A stretch of 64,000 nucleotides of DNA from an uncultured Dehalococcoidaceae bacterium (GCA_964558675.1 CAZLEY010000001.1:106754-170753), one strand, 5' to 3'; numbered from the stretch's first letter, positions 18,718 to 29,021 are shown. Numbers and translations: made by a program. Notes: generated by a model not told the origin, from the sequence alone.

Positions 18718-19758
18718 TTATGGGTAAATGGCCAGTGCCTCAAGTCCGGTTGTTTCCGGCAGACCGAGCATAAGGTTCATGTTCTGGACGGCCTGCCCCG
18801 CCGCCCCCTTGACGAGATTATCAATGCTGCTGATGACGATAAGCCGTCCGCTTCTGCGGTCAATGGTGGGGTGAATAAGGCAACAGTTATTTCCCAAGGT
18901 ATGCTTGGTATGAGGCGGGGATGCCACCACTTTGACGAAGGGCTCATCTCTGTAGAAGTCGCGATAGAAATTATTAAGTTCTTCTTCTCCATTTTTACCC
19001 CCCGCAATCCTGCCCGGTATCAGCGAGCTGTAGGCGGTGGTGAGTATGCCGCGTGTCATTGGTACCAGGTGAGGGACAAAGGTAATTGAAAGTGACAGCC
19101 CTCGCTGGAGCGATTCCAGTTCCTGGATAATCTCGGGCAGGTGGCGGTGCCCGTCCAGGGCATAGGCGGTGGTGTCTTCATTGGCTTCACTGTAGTGGGT
19201 AGTCAGGTTGAGGCTACGGCCGGCCCCGGAGATACCCGACTTACTATCAATGATAATACTGGGTTCAATAATGCCTGCTTTTATGGCTGGCGCCAGGGCC
19301 AGTATCGCCCCGGTGGGATAACATCCGGGGTTAGCCACCAGCTGCTCTAACTTAATTTGTTCTCGATGAAGCTCGGTAAGGCCATAAACTGCCTTTTCCA
19401 GTAAGCGTGGAGAAGGATGGGTGAAACCATACCACTGCGGGTAATCATCAGCGTCTTTTAGTCTGAAATCAGCACTGATATCAATTACTTTAATGCCTCT
19501 ATCCAGCAGCGGTGTGACTACCTGGGCACTCTCCTTGTGCGGCATGGCGGAAAAGGCAAACTCCACTTCTCCGAGCTTATCTTCAATCGTCAGTCCTGCG
19601 CTCGCCAGGTGTGGGAAGACATTACCCAGTTCCTGTCCGGCGGCGCTTCGTCCGGTAACCGAGGCAAGCTCTACCTCCGGGTGCTGGTAAAGCAGTCGTG
19701 CCAGCTCGACACCAGCATAGCCGGTAACATTGATAATTCCAACTTTAGTCTTAGCCAT
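18718..19758 (-). CDS. argC: N-acetyl-gamma-glutamyl-phosphate reductase
   Basis: VTGYAG, DISADFRL, ANPGCYPT, SGISGAG, DNLVKGAAGQA; start ATG19758. Confidence 0.97.
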   Translation of the reverse strand: MAKTKVGIINVTGYAGVELARLLYQHPEVELASVTGRSAAGQELGNVFPHLASAGLTIEDKLGEVEFAFSAMPHKESAQVVTPLLDRGIKVIDISADFRLKDADDYPQWYGFTHPSPRLLEKAVYGLTELHREQIKLEQLVANPGCYPTGAILALAPAIKAGIIEPSIIIDSKSGISGAGRSLNLTTHYSEANEDTTAYALDGHRHLPEIIQELESLQRGLSLSITFVPHLVPMTRGILTTAYSSLIPGRIAGGKNGEEELNNFYRDFYRDEPFVKVVASPPHTKHTLGNNCCLIHPTIDRRSGRLIVISSIDNLVKGAAGQAVQNMNLMLGLPETTGLEALAIYP

Positions 19759-19934
19759 CTCGTTTAGGCCCTTTTTATTTCGTCTTGGTAAGAAGTATAG
19801 CATAAGCATTGCTTAATTCATACTGCGCCTGTAGAAGCGGCGTGTCTATCTGTCTTTCTGCCGGTTTTTACTACTGTTATCTAAAGAAATGGGAATCTGG
19901 GCACAAAAAAATGCCGTTTGTTCGTGTTAGCCTC

Positions 19935-19963
19935 TTGACATGAGCGTAACAATGGTTTATTGT
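19935..19963 (+). promoter_or_regulatory. sigma70 promoter of the small zinc-ribbon gene
   Basis: TTGACA-N17-TATTGT. Confidence 0.7.
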
Positions 19964-19997
19964 TTATAGCAAATACTCAGAAGGAAGGAGGAAACAT

Positions 19998-20138
19998 ATG
20001 CAAGCATATTGTGTGAAGTGCCGTGCCAAGAAGGAGATGAAGGATCCTAAAGCCATTACGATGAAAAATGGCAAGCCGGCGACGCAGGGTGTATGCCCGA
20101 CCTGCGGCACTAAGATGTTTAGAATCGGTAAGAGCTAA
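19998..20138 (+). CDS. 46-aa basic zinc-ribbon protein (DUF5679-like); absent from the ORF track
   Basis: MQAYCVKCRAKKEMKDPKAITMKNGKPATQGVCPTCGTKMFRIGKS*; two CxxC pairs; strong AAGGAGG SD. Confidence 0.88.
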   Translation: MQAYCVKCRAKKEMKDPKAITMKNGKPATQGVCPTCGTKMFRIGKS

Positions 20139-20171
20139 AGCCGGTTATTTTTAGGGATTTACATATACAAC

Positions 20172-20212
20172 AAAGCTGGATATTTTCGATTTAGGAATAT
20201 CCAGCTTTTTTT
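20172..20212 (+). terminator. intrinsic terminator
   Basis: aaagctggatatt ... aatatccagcttt stem followed by a T-run. Confidence 0.85.
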
Positions 20213-20244
20213 ATCTTGGCGCCCCGTAGGCATGTATATGTGGC

Positions 20245-21543
20245 TTATTGAGGTGGGGACGGATTGACCACGTACTTATTTACAAGGTCAGTCGTATCAG
20301 TCGCATTAAGTTTGTGGAAGATTAAAGAGAAGCGGTCTTCGAGTTCCCTCATCATCTCGTTGAGATTTGGCGTGGGGAGGTGCCACAGTTCTTTCTTATA
20401 ATCACCAAAAGCCCTCTTGCGTGTTTTATACAGGAATTGTTCGTCCGTGTCTTCGGGCTTTCTCTCCTGGCTGTATCGCACGGTGAGATGCTCGTTTATT
20501 TCATCCAGCAGGTCCTTGGGGAAATGCGGGCTGTCATAGACGAGGTTTTGAAACCCGGTAGCGAGGTGTACTTCGACCGTGTCAACCTTGGGGAACATAT
20601 CAAAGGCTTCGTCGGGCAGAGTAGAAGCGCCGTGCTGTACCGCCCCACCCATACCGTATTCTTCCCGGGCTACTCTGGAGAGCTCCTGTAGTGTATTAAA
20701 ATCAATGCTGACTTGGGCAATTGACCCGTTGGGCAAGACGACGCCGCCATGTGACGTACCGGTTTGCACGCTGATTTTGGAAATACCCTTGGCACCCTCT
20801 CCCAGCTGGCTGAGATAGCTATCCATATACGCCCTGAGGTCGGCAACGGTGCTGTTACCCTTACCGATTTCACCAATCTCGCCACCCACGGAAATGGTTG
20901 TACCTTTTGGCTCGATACTGCGTATAAGCTTGGTCATCTCCGCGGTTATCCGGGAGTTCATTTCCTGTTGTTCGCTCAGGCCTGGCCTGTCTATATCTAC
21001 CAGGGTTGACGCATCGATATCAATATTCAAAAAACCGGCGGCGACCGATTCCCGTATAAGCTGTTTGATATCATATAATTCAGCTTCCGGGTCTTCCCTG
21101 TACATGCGCCGCCTGACCTGGAAGTGGTCTCCTTGAACAAAAACGGGGCCGGTGAATTCTTCCCTGATGGCGGCGGCCAGTATACACGCGACATATTCGC
21201 CAGGTCGTTGCAGGGTGTAGTCCATCTCGGAGCGGGCAATCTCGAAGATAAAGGCGCCGGTTCTGTTTTTTATGGCCGCCCGGAAGACTGCTCTGGCTAT
21301 ATGATAGGTAATACCTCGGATATTTATCGCGGGCACGGTTATACCGCTGTACACTCCCTTACCGGAGGCTTCATATAGACCCTGGATGCTGGAGGGGAAG
21401 ATGCCCCGGCCGAGCGCCATTTCACGGATGATGTGATGGTGTTCCTCCCTCATCTGGTTGTCGGCACCGAAGACAGCCAGCTCTACCAGGGTATCAATAT
21501 TGCTGTTCTTCTCCATTTTTAACTGGTCCAAATCGTTATGCAT
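20245..21543 (-). CDS. fba: class II fructose-bisphosphate aldolase (long form)
   Basis: QGDHFQ, GGEIGEIG, GTSHGG, QHGAST metal-binding motifs; start ATG21543 or ATG21516. Confidence 0.85.
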   Translation of the reverse strand: MHNDLDQLKMEKNSNIDTLVELAVFGADNQMREEHHHIIREMALGRGIFPSSIQGLYEASGKGVYSGITVPAINIRGITYHIARAVFRAAIKNRTGAFIFEIARSEMDYTLQRPGEYVACILAAAIREEFTGPVFVQGDHFQVRRRMYREDPEAELYDIKQLIRESVAAGFLNIDIDASTLVDIDRPGLSEQQEMNSRITAEMTKLIRSIEPKGTTISVGGEIGEIGKGNSTVADLRAYMDSYLSQLGEGAKGISKISVQTGTSHGGVVLPNGSIAQVSIDFNTLQELSRVAREEYGMGGAVQHGASTLPDEAFDMFPKVDTVEVHLATGFQNLVYDSPHFPKDLLDEINEHLTVRYSQERKPEDTDEQFLYKTRKRAFGDYKKELWHLPTPNLNEMMRELEDRFSLIFHKLNATDTTDLVNKYVVNPSPPQ

Positions 21544-22660
21544 GTCTCTTTTTACCACTGATAATGGTACGGCGTCCGTTGTACCTGTCCGTATCATATT
21601 CTGTCGCCACGTCTACGAGGTTCAATTTGCCGTATATATTTTCAAGCGGGCAGTATGAAATCTTGCCGTTTTTAAAGCATACCATCTTGCCGAAATTTCC
21701 CTTCACCACCAAATCAATGGCGGCGATACCGAAGTATCTCCCCATTCTGCGGTCATAGGCGCACGGAGCCCCGCCGCGCTGAAGGTGACTTAGAGTGACG
21801 CTACGTGTCTCAAGTTTGGTGCCATTTTCAATTTCCTGAGCCATGAAATTACCGATGCCCCCCAGGGCTTTGTGGCCGAAGCTATCCACCCCTTCTTTTT
21901 TTACAATTTCCGTACCGCCTTTCGGTTTTGCTCCCTCGGCCACCACGATAATCTCATATCTGGTGCCGGCTCTTCTTCCTTCCATGACCAGTTCGTTTAC
22001 CCTGTCTATAGAGAAGTTATATTCCGGGATTAAGATAATGTAAGCCCCGCAGGCTTCCCCGCCCTGTAGAGCCAGCCAGCCGGCAGTCCTCCCCATCGTT
22101 TCCACTACGAAAATTCTTTTATGCGAACCGGCGGTAGTCCTCAGCCTATCTACTTCTTCGGTGATGACGTTCAGGGCAGTTTCATATCCTAACGTGTAGT
22201 CGGTTAGGGGGAGGTCTTTGTCAATTGTCTTGGGAATGCCGACAACGTTCACCCCTTCTTTTGATAACCTGTTAGCAATGGCCAGGGTGCCGTCGCCGCC
22301 GATAGCGACGACTGCCTCCAGGCCGAGGCTTTCTATGTTTTCTATGACTGTTTTCGAGCAGTCGTTTTTAGGGTCGTAGGGACTCAGACGTGAGGTACCC
22401 AGAAAGGTACCACCGTATCTATCCCAGGTCCTGACTATGTCCGGATTGAGCGGCGTTATTTGTCCCTGGGTATCCGGGCTGGACACATCGACATTGACCA
22501 GTCCCTTCCATCCGTCATGAATACCCAGGACCTCATAACGGGTGCCTCTCTCCCATTCGAGTCTTTCGTCCATAGCCGTCTTAACCACCCACTTAAGGGC
22601 GGGGTTCAGCCCCGCACAGTCGCCACCACCCGTCAGGACGCCTATTCTATATTTCTTCAT
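21536..22660 (-). CDS. pfkA: 6-phosphofructokinase (PfkA family, GGDG/PKTID type)
   Basis: TGGGDCAGLN, GGTFLGTSR, IGGDGT, PKTID, ETMGR, HLQRGG. Confidence 0.93.
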   Translation of the reverse strand: MKKYRIGVLTGGGDCAGLNPALKWVVKTAMDERLEWERGTRYEVLGIHDGWKGLVNVDVSSPDTQGQITPLNPDIVRTWDRYGGTFLGTSRLSPYDPKNDCSKTVIENIESLGLEAVVAIGGDGTLAIANRLSKEGVNVVGIPKTIDKDLPLTDYTLGYETALNVITEEVDRLRTTAGSHKRIFVVETMGRTAGWLALQGGEACGAYIILIPEYNFSIDRVNELVMEGRRAGTRYEIIVVAEGAKPKGGTEIVKKEGVDSFGHKALGGIGNFMAQEIENGTKLETRSVTLSHLQRGGAPCAYDRRMGRYFGIAAIDLVVKGNFGKMVCFKNGKISYCPLENIYGKLNLVDVATEYDTDRYNGRRTIISGKKRHA

Positions 22661-22669
22661 AATAACGTT

Positions 22670-22698
22670 ATTATAAAGTTAGTATGGCCTGCTGTCAA
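22670..22698 (-). promoter_or_regulatory. consensus sigma70 promoter of pfkA-fba (near-leaderless)
   Basis: TTGACA-N17-TATAAT ending 9 nt before the pfkA ATG; no SD. Confidence 0.8.
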
Positions 22699-22718
22699 AG
22701 AGAGGATAGTGCCAATCT

Positions 22719-24176
22719 TTAACTTCTCCGTTTGCTCATCTTGAACCACGGGTGAAAGCTGATTATTGAGTCGCGAGGCATCTGACGGTCACCGTTCCTG
22801 CTCATACTCATGTCCATCGCCATGAGGTAATCAGCAACCCGGTCCGGCATTAGGAAGTGTTCACCGACATAGTCTTTAGCTCTCTGGCTGATGGCTTCGG
22901 CGGCTTTCCGGTTTTTCAATAGATGTATTACCCTCTGTGCCGTTTTATGCGGGGTCTCGTAAAAATAACCGGTATCTCCATCTCTTATCTGAAGCGGAAT
23001 GGCGCCGACATTGGCCGCTATAACGGGTTTGGCTTTCCAGAGCGCCTCGGTAATGACCAGTCCGAATCCCTCCCTCGTTGACGGCTGCATAATAACAGTT
23101 GCCGACCGCTGGAGTGCGTTCACTTCCTTCCAGTTTTCCAGGCGGTTTGACAGTGAGAGGTTGAGTATGTGGATGTCTTCATCATCTTTTGTGTCTTCAT
23201 AGATTCTGGCCAGTATCCTTTCACCCTCGGGGTCGTCAGAGGCCATGCCGCCGGCCAGAATGAGCTGGCATTTCTGCTCTTTCCTCACGTGGCGGAAAGT
23301 GGCAATTGTCCTGTCCAGCCCTTTCCAGGGGTCGAAACGGCCTATTTGAGCGATGATGGGGACTCTGGCGTCTATTTCGTATTTGGCAAGCACCTGGTCT
23401 ATCTCTTCCTGGCTCAACTCACGATTTTTCTCGGAAAGAGGGTCAATGAAGGGTGGGATGATGAAACTGGGCAGGGGCCAGCGTGTCACGACGTAATGAG
23501 CGGCTGAGAATATGGCGGCATCAAACGGCTCTATCCAGTTGGTCATGAAGTTCCACAGACCGGGGTTAGCATCCATGGGTGTCTCCTCGATATCTATGTG
23601 GCATCTCCAGAGCCAGCTTTCGCCCGGCCGCTTGAGGTGGCGCGCCAGGCCGAGTGGCTGAGGGTCATTGACCATAATGATATCGGGATTATGCTCGGTA
23701 ATATTACTGCGGGCGCAATCTGCAATGGTACTGTAATATGACCTTTCCATCTCCTGGGTGAAGTTACCCTTCATGCCCTGCAACAGATTGTGCAGGCCTT
23801 TGGTACATTCGAAGAATTCATCGTTACCGCCAATAATTTTCCAGTCCGTCTCAATGCCAAGATTGTTGAGAAAGGGGACCGAGCTGTAAAGCATCTCGGC
23901 AACGCCGCCGCCCTGAGCGGTAGCGTTCAGTTCCAGCACCTTGAGGCCTTTCAGGCGTTTAGCGGCTCGCTGCACTCTTTCCATTCTTTCATCACCCAGT
24001 ATGGCTTTATAGTCTTTCAATGGCGGTGCGGAGAATGGGCAGAAGCCCAGCCTTTTACTGTAAATGACTCCGTGTGCTGCCGGAGAGGTAGGCTTCTCTT
24101 CATTAGGTTTTTTCGATGATTTCAATCGGCTGTTCACCTTTCTTTTTACTTCCTGTGATTTGACGGTTATAGTCAT
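22719..24176 (-). CDS. treT: GT4 glycosyltransferase, trehalose synthase TreT-like
   Basis: NATAQGGGVAEML, DPQP, WRCHID, RFDPWKG, EGFGLVITEA. Confidence 0.82.
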   Translation of the reverse strand: MTITVKSQEVKRKVNSRLKSSKKPNEEKPTSPAAHGVIYSKRLGFCPFSAPPLKDYKAILGDERMERVQRAAKRLKGLKVLELNATAQGGGVAEMLYSSVPFLNNLGIETDWKIIGGNDEFFECTKGLHNLLQGMKGNFTQEMERSYYSTIADCARSNITEHNPDIIMVNDPQPLGLARHLKRPGESWLWRCHIDIEETPMDANPGLWNFMTNWIEPFDAAIFSAAHYVVTRWPLPSFIIPPFIDPLSEKNRELSQEEIDQVLAKYEIDARVPIIAQIGRFDPWKGLDRTIATFRHVRKEQKCQLILAGGMASDDPEGERILARIYEDTKDDEDIHILNLSLSNRLENWKEVNALQRSATVIMQPSTREGFGLVITEALWKAKPVIAANVGAIPLQIRDGDTGYFYETPHKTAQRVIHLLKNRKAAEAISQRAKDYVGEHFLMPDRVADYLMAMDMSMSRNGDRQMPRDSIISFHPWFKMSKRRS

Positions 24177-24464
24177 ATTGAAATGTCCCCTTTACCTGAT
24201 AATTTATTGTTCAGGGTGCTCGTGCTGTCATCATTCGAATTATAGAATGTCCAGAATAATGGTAATAAAGTCATAATAGGGTAGTCGGTAAATACCAGCA
24301 AGGGTGTAAGCACTTATAGTGGCTCAGGGCTAGCCAGCAAATGAAAAAGAATATAAATGGGTAGACTTATCGTAAAAAAGGGAGTAGAATTTAATAAGTA
24401 ATGAAGGGCTGAGGAATGACATACGTTTGTGAGGCTATAGAGTCTTCATCACGACAATGAAATT

Positions 24465-24497
24465 AGGGCACTGTGCTCGGTAGAGGCAGTGCCCTTT
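24465..24497 (+). promoter_or_regulatory. terminator-like hairpin in the 5' leader of the SWIM-pyrF-DUF951 unit
   Basis: AGGGCACTG-N13-CAGTGCCCT-TT just upstream of the AAGGAGG SD; TAGAAT -10 at 24385. Confidence 0.55.
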
Positions 24498-24514
24498 GAG
24501 TCAAGGAGGTAACG

Positions 24515-24796
24515 ATGATGCAATCAAGTCTGATTGGTAAAATCGAAAAAGCCAAGCGCTATTCGCAGGAAACAGACAGGGTTACCTTCTACGAATTATC
24601 GGTCAAGTTCCGCGGTGAGAACAGCGACTATGATACCAGCTATAAGGACGGCAAATGGCACTGCTCTTGCAGTTTTTTCTCAAGCTGGGGTCTATGCAGT
24701 CATACCATGGCCATGGAGAGAATCCTGGCCAATATGCTCCCTCCGGAGGCGCTTACGACACAGCATGATGCTTCCAGCTTATCGACCGGCGATTAG
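24515..24796 (+). CDS. small SWIM-type zinc-finger protein
   Basis: WHCSCSFFSSWGLCSH (CxC-x8-CxH). Confidence 0.8.
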   Translation: MMQSSLIGKIEKAKRYSQETDRVTFYELSVKFRGENSDYDTSYKDGKWHCSCSFFSSWGLCSHTMAMERILANMLPPEALTTQHDASSLSTGD

Positions 24797-24822
24797 CGCT
24801 GCTATCGGGTGAGATTCACCGG

Positions 24823-25641
24823 ATGACTTTTATTGAGAAGCTGGCCCGGACCAGTCAGGATAACCAGAGCTTGCTCTGCGTCGGCCTCGACCCCGACCCC
24901 TCGCTGATGCCGGATGGGATAGGCGTCTTTGAATTCAATAAGGCAATTATCGATGCCACTGCCGACCTGGTATGTGCCTATAAGCCGAATATCGCCTTCT
25001 ATGAAGCCCTGGGGAATGACGGCCTTGATGCCCTGAAGCGTACGAGGGATTATATACCCGCAGGAGTGCCGGCCATTATAGATGCCAAGCGGGGCGATAT
25101 CGGTAATACGGCTCAGGCTTATGCAAGGAGCCTCTTTGACTATTACGGCTTTGATGCCACCACGGTAAGCCCTTATCTTGGTTTTGATTCGTTAGAGCCT
25201 TTTATCCAGTACCATGACCGCGGCGTATTTGTTCTCTGTCGTACCTCCAACGCCGGCGCTGTTGATTTTCAGTCTCTCTCATGTGAAGTAGATGGTGTCC
25301 ATAAACCACTCTTTGAAATAGTTGCTGAGAAAGTCAGTCAGTGGAATAATCATGGCAACCTGGGACTGGTGGTTGGGGCTACCTACCCCGAGGAGCTAAA
25401 GCTGATACGGCAGAGGTATCCGGATATGCCGCTCCTCATACCCGGTGTCGGGGCTCAGGGTGGGGGACTATCGCAGGTAGTGAGCTATGGCGTCGATGCC
25501 GGGAGACAGAGGACTATTATAAATTCCTCGCGTCAGGTTCTTTACGCCTCAAGAGGTAAGGACTTTGCCGAAGCGGCCAGACAGGCAGCCAGGGAGCTAA
25601 GAGACGGTATTAACCACTTTCTATCCAATCCTGCTTCGTAA
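24823..25641 (+). CDS. pyrF: orotidine-5'-phosphate decarboxylase (type 2)
   Basis: [39 protein letters not shown]. Confidence 0.96.
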   Translation: MTFIEKLARTSQDNQSLLCVGLDPDPSLMPDGIGVFEFNKAIIDATADLVCAYKPNIAFYEALGNDGLDALKRTRDYIPAGVPAIIDAKRGDIGNTAQAYARSLFDYYGFDATTVSPYLGFDSLEPFIQYHDRGVFVLCRTSNAGAVDFQSLSCEVDGVHKPLFEIVAEKVSQWNNHGNLGLVVGATYPEELKLIRQRYPDMPLLIPGVGAQGGGLSQVVSYGVDAGRQRTIINSSRQVLYASRGKDFAEAARQAARELRDGINHFLSNPAS

Positions 25642-25654
25642 TGGCAATATCAGT

Positions 25655-25846
25655 ATGGTACTTGAGATTAAGCTCGGTGATGTGGTCCGACTCAAGAAGG
25701 TTCATCCCTGCGGTGGCTACGAGTGGCAGGTAGTGAGGCTGGGGGCCGATATCGGCATCAAATGCCTTAAATGCGGGCGACGCGTTCTCCTGGAAAGAGG
25801 CACCTTTGAAAGACGGGTCAAAGGATTTATTTCCCGGGGAGACTAA
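25655..25846 (+). CDS. DUF951 family protein
   Basis: [12 protein letters not shown]...W.V.R.GADI.IKC..CGR. Confidence 0.88.
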   Translation: MVLEIKLGDVVRLKKVHPCGGYEWQVVRLGADIGIKCLKCGRRVLLERGTFERRVKGFISRGD

Positions 25847-25934
25847 CGAATTGCCTTATGATGCAGATAGACTGGACACAGTGAAACTTGTTACCTTATG
25901 ATAATCGTAGTGTTTGATAAGGAGGAGATGAAAA

Positions 25935-26369
25935 ATGGCAGAGAGTAAATTCGCAAAATACGTCAAATATGAGCCTACAGGGGATTTTACCAAGCTTTAT
26001 CCGGCGCTCACGGCGCCATCTTTTCACATCTGGGGTAAAGAGTGGGATTCCGGCTACAGGATGGACTGGTTCTGTGTCACCGAACCTTTCCTTATGATAA
26101 ATGAACCTCATACGCACGACTTTGACCAGTTCCTGGCTTTTCAGGGTGGCGACCCCACCAATGTAAATGATTTTGACGCCGAAATCTGGTTATATCTAGG
26201 AGGTGGTGAGGAACAGGAAAAACTGGTAATTACCAAAGCGTGTTTTGTGTATGTCCCCGCCGGCATGGTGCATACCCCTCTCGAATTCAAGAGAATCGGC
26301 AAACCTATTGTTTTCATGGATATTGCGCTGACGGCACAGTATGTCAGAAAGCCGACAGAGGGAAAATAG
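25935..26369 (+). CDS. cupin-fold metal-binding protein (MAESK family, paralogue 1)
   Basis: EPHTHDFDQFL and YVPAGMVHTP cupin motifs. Confidence 0.75.
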   Translation: MAESKFAKYVKYEPTGDFTKLYPALTAPSFHIWGKEWDSGYRMDWFCVTEPFLMINEPHTHDFDQFLAFQGGDPTNVNDFDAEIWLYLGGGEEQEKLVITKACFVYVPAGMVHTPLEFKRIGKPIVFMDIALTAQYVRKPTEGK

Positions 26370-26420
26370 TCGATATCTTTATGCGAAGCGGAGCATACCT
26401 GTTGAATAGGACGGACACTG

Positions 26421-26837
26421 CTATTTTACAACACCTTTGCAAAGGCGACTTCCACCCTGATGCAAAATACTGGCGATTGTTTTACTCAGGCTGTGCGCGC
26501 TCAGTGGTTTGACAAGGTACTGGTTAGCACCCATGCGCAGTGTCCTTCTCCGCTGTGCTGGCTCGGCTATGGCGGTAAGGACAACCACGGGAATATTTGA
26601 GTACGATGGATTACCTTTTATCTCTCGCAGTATGGACCAGCCATCGGGTCCGGGCAAACGGAGGTCCAGCACTACGAGAGCTACGGGATTTTCCCTGATT
26701 ACTTCCATTCCCGTCTTGCCGTTACTGGCTTTAAGTACCTGGTAGCCTTCGAGTTCCAGCACCCGGGAAACAAAGTTCTGGATATCAATCTCGTCCTCTA
26801 TGATGAGTACCGTTTTTGCCTTACGATTCTTGGCCAT
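26421..26837 (-). CDS. stand-alone receiver-domain response regulator (CheY-like)
   Basis: IIEDE, LDLRLP phospho-Asp, VLTA, YLVKP; no output domain. Confidence 0.9.
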   Translation of the reverse strand: MAKNRKAKTVLIIEDEIDIQNFVSRVLELEGYQVLKASNGKTGMEVIRENPVALVVLDLRLPGPDGWSILREIKGNPSYSNIPVVVLTAIAEPAQRRRTLRMGANQYLVKPLSAHSLSKTIASILHQGGSRLCKGVVK

Positions 26838-27354
26838 GGTTTCGTTCTCCGTTGTTTATGAGCAATATGAACGATCTCTCAATGGCGTCTCTTTCAGCAG
26901 GGTATGACCATTTACAGCACCGATACTTCTATGAACGGCCTGGACAAATTAAACCCGGTGTTAATATAGCGTACCTCCTCAATCTGATTTATTATTCGTT
27001 AGTGCATTCAACTGGCAGAAGTAATAATACAACATAAACATAATAATGTCAAATTTGTTGACAAATGACACAAATTATAATATCGGAAGAATAGACAAAT
27101 GACCACAAACGGCCAGTATTATTTGATATTTTACGAAACAGGTTCGGACGATGCTGCCGGAACGCTATAAATAAATAGTAGCTAACTCTTTATTGAGAAG
27201 ATATTCGTAGGATGAACCGAATAAGGTTATGATGAGAAGCGCCCAACTGGACTAATTGCCCGGAAGTGCCGTAACTATGTTTGGACTCTCGGGAGTATGC
27301 AATCAGGTTATAACAAAGCACAATAATTCATGCGGCCGCTTTATCAGTTGATTA

Positions 27355-27690
27355 TTACTTCGGTTTAACGAGTAGCATCCACAACAATTGAATAAAACCG
27401 GCGCCAAAGACAATAAGCCACAAAGCAGGTCTATTTAAAGTAGCAGTAAGCTGATTATTACCTGATTCCAATGTCCAGACACAAACAGCTATAAAGACCG
27501 TAATCCCGAGGCATTTGGTTAAGGCTTCTACAAGCTTTCTTACCAGTATCTCGTCTATTAATTTCATCGTGAGGGGGATACACACAAGAACCGCACCAGT
27601 TAATATCAGGGCCTGGTTAATAATGATTCCGCCTGCTAAAGCCGCTGCTGTGCCAGCCAATAATGTAACAATATTTAATACTTCAGTCAT
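27355..27690 (-). CDS. orphan membrane protein (about 4 TM segments)
   Basis: 111 aa, hydrophobic, AT-rich. Confidence 0.6.
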   Translation of the reverse strand: MTEVLNIVTLLAGTAAALAGGIIINQALILTGAVLVCIPLTMKLIDEILVRKLVEALTKCLGITVFIAVCVWTLESGNNQLTATLNRPALWLIVFGAGFIQLLWMLLVKPK

Positions 27691-27984
27691 AATCCAGAAT
27701 TAATCGTATTTATGCATTCCCTCTCATTCTATCAATATATTTCTTAAATTTCATCATCAACCATTGTATTACGGAATGAGCGTATGCTGGTTATTTTATG
27801 ATGATTTACATATACTGCTATATTCACAAGCTCGATACTTGCCAGGCTTCATCCGTGATAATTTTCTACTTTATTATTTATGGAATATTTACATATTATC
27901 CTGTACTATTTACGTTTTGTTTATCATTACCGAAGTACTATGACGGCGATATAGTACTAGGACTATTAGCTGAGGAGGAAAAAG

Positions 27985-28173
27985 ATGAAAGCTTTATCAT
28001 CGGTGCCATTACATTCTACACTCAATAAGGTCCTGGAATCTCTTCATCACCAAGAACAAATACCTGTGCCCCTGGAAGCGACGCCATATATGAGACCCAT
28101 AGAAATCAAGCGATTTATCCACCACCTCAGGCAGAACCGAAGATATGAATACACCAGGGATTTTATCTATTAG
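27985..28173 (+). CDS. small hypothetical protein
   Basis: 62 aa with a strong GAGGAGG SD. Confidence 0.5.
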   Translation: MKALSSVPLHSTLNKVLESLHHQEQIPVPLEATPYMRPIEIKRFIHHLRQNRRYEYTRDFIY

Positions 28174-28261
28174 CAGGTACTCCACAGATTTCTTACAGGT
28201 GTCATAAACGGAACTTTGTGAACCATAGGTACTATAACAGTGGTTTCTGTTAAAAATTGGG

Positions 28262-28651
28262 GTGACGATTTATAAAACCTTATTTCAAAGTGGTTACAAA
28301 ATTATGAATAAATACAACGGGAAATCTGAAGAAGGCGGGATAGCTACTCAATCTGGTGATTCTGAGCTTTATGAAGGTGAAGTACGGCTGAAAATTAAGT
28401 CATCAGAAGACTTTAAACAGGTAGACCGGTTTAGTGAGTACCTGAAAACGGTCGAAAATCTGGAAATAGCATCATATAACTGGTCAGAACATGATGGTCT
28501 TATGATGGTTGTCTCATTACAGAGTCCAATGCCGTTAGGTATTATATTAAGCCAGATTTCTATGGTAAAACAGGTTTATCAGAAACACCATAACATCGTA
28601 GCAGTATTGAATACCTTGGTAGTTGACCAGCCCGCAGTAATCGCTACGTAA
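28262..28651 (+). CDS. hypothetical protein
   Basis: 129-aa open frame in the AT-rich islet. Confidence 0.55.
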   Translation: MTIYKTLFQSGYKIMNKYNGKSEEGGIATQSGDSELYEGEVRLKIKSSEDFKQVDRFSEYLKTVENLEIASYNWSEHDGLMMVVSLQSPMPLGIILSQISMVKQVYQKHHNIVAVLNTLVVDQPAVIAT

Positions 28652-28934
28652 AGGCTTCAACCGCACAAAAATCTCCGCTCAGCTACTCAAGCTACCCTTA
28701 TAAGCCACCAGCCTTGGCCATTAGACAGGCCATAGCCCGTACTGGAAGTCACTCACACCCTTCAGGGAAAGAGCTCACACATCACATGCACAATGCCGCA
28801 TGTTTCCGTCAAAATTGAGGATGTAGGCACGAAAGAACTCTCTAAAAGCCCCGAAGCCATTCTTTTATGGAAAATTAAGCAAAATGCCATCAATTATAGA
28901 CTTTCAGGTGAAAATGGACTACAATCGTATCTGG

Positions 28935-29009
28935 GCCAGCGTAGCTCAGGGGTAGAGCAGCGGTTTCGTAAACCGCCGGTCGATGGTTCGAATCCATTCG
29001 CTGGCTCCA
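28935..29009 (+). tRNA. tRNA-Thr (anticodon CGT), CCA encoded
   Basis: GCCAGCG acceptor stem, GCTC/GAGC D-stem, GCGGT-TTCGTAA-ACCGC anticodon arm, GGTTCGAATCC T-arm, CGCTGGC-T-CCA. Confidence 0.97.
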
Positions 29010-29021
29010 TTGTCTAAGCTT

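Noticed and set aside
24400-24500. PyrR attenuator or known riboswitch upstream of pyrF
   Set aside because: No PyrR binding-loop consensus or recognisable aptamer; kept only as an unknown leader
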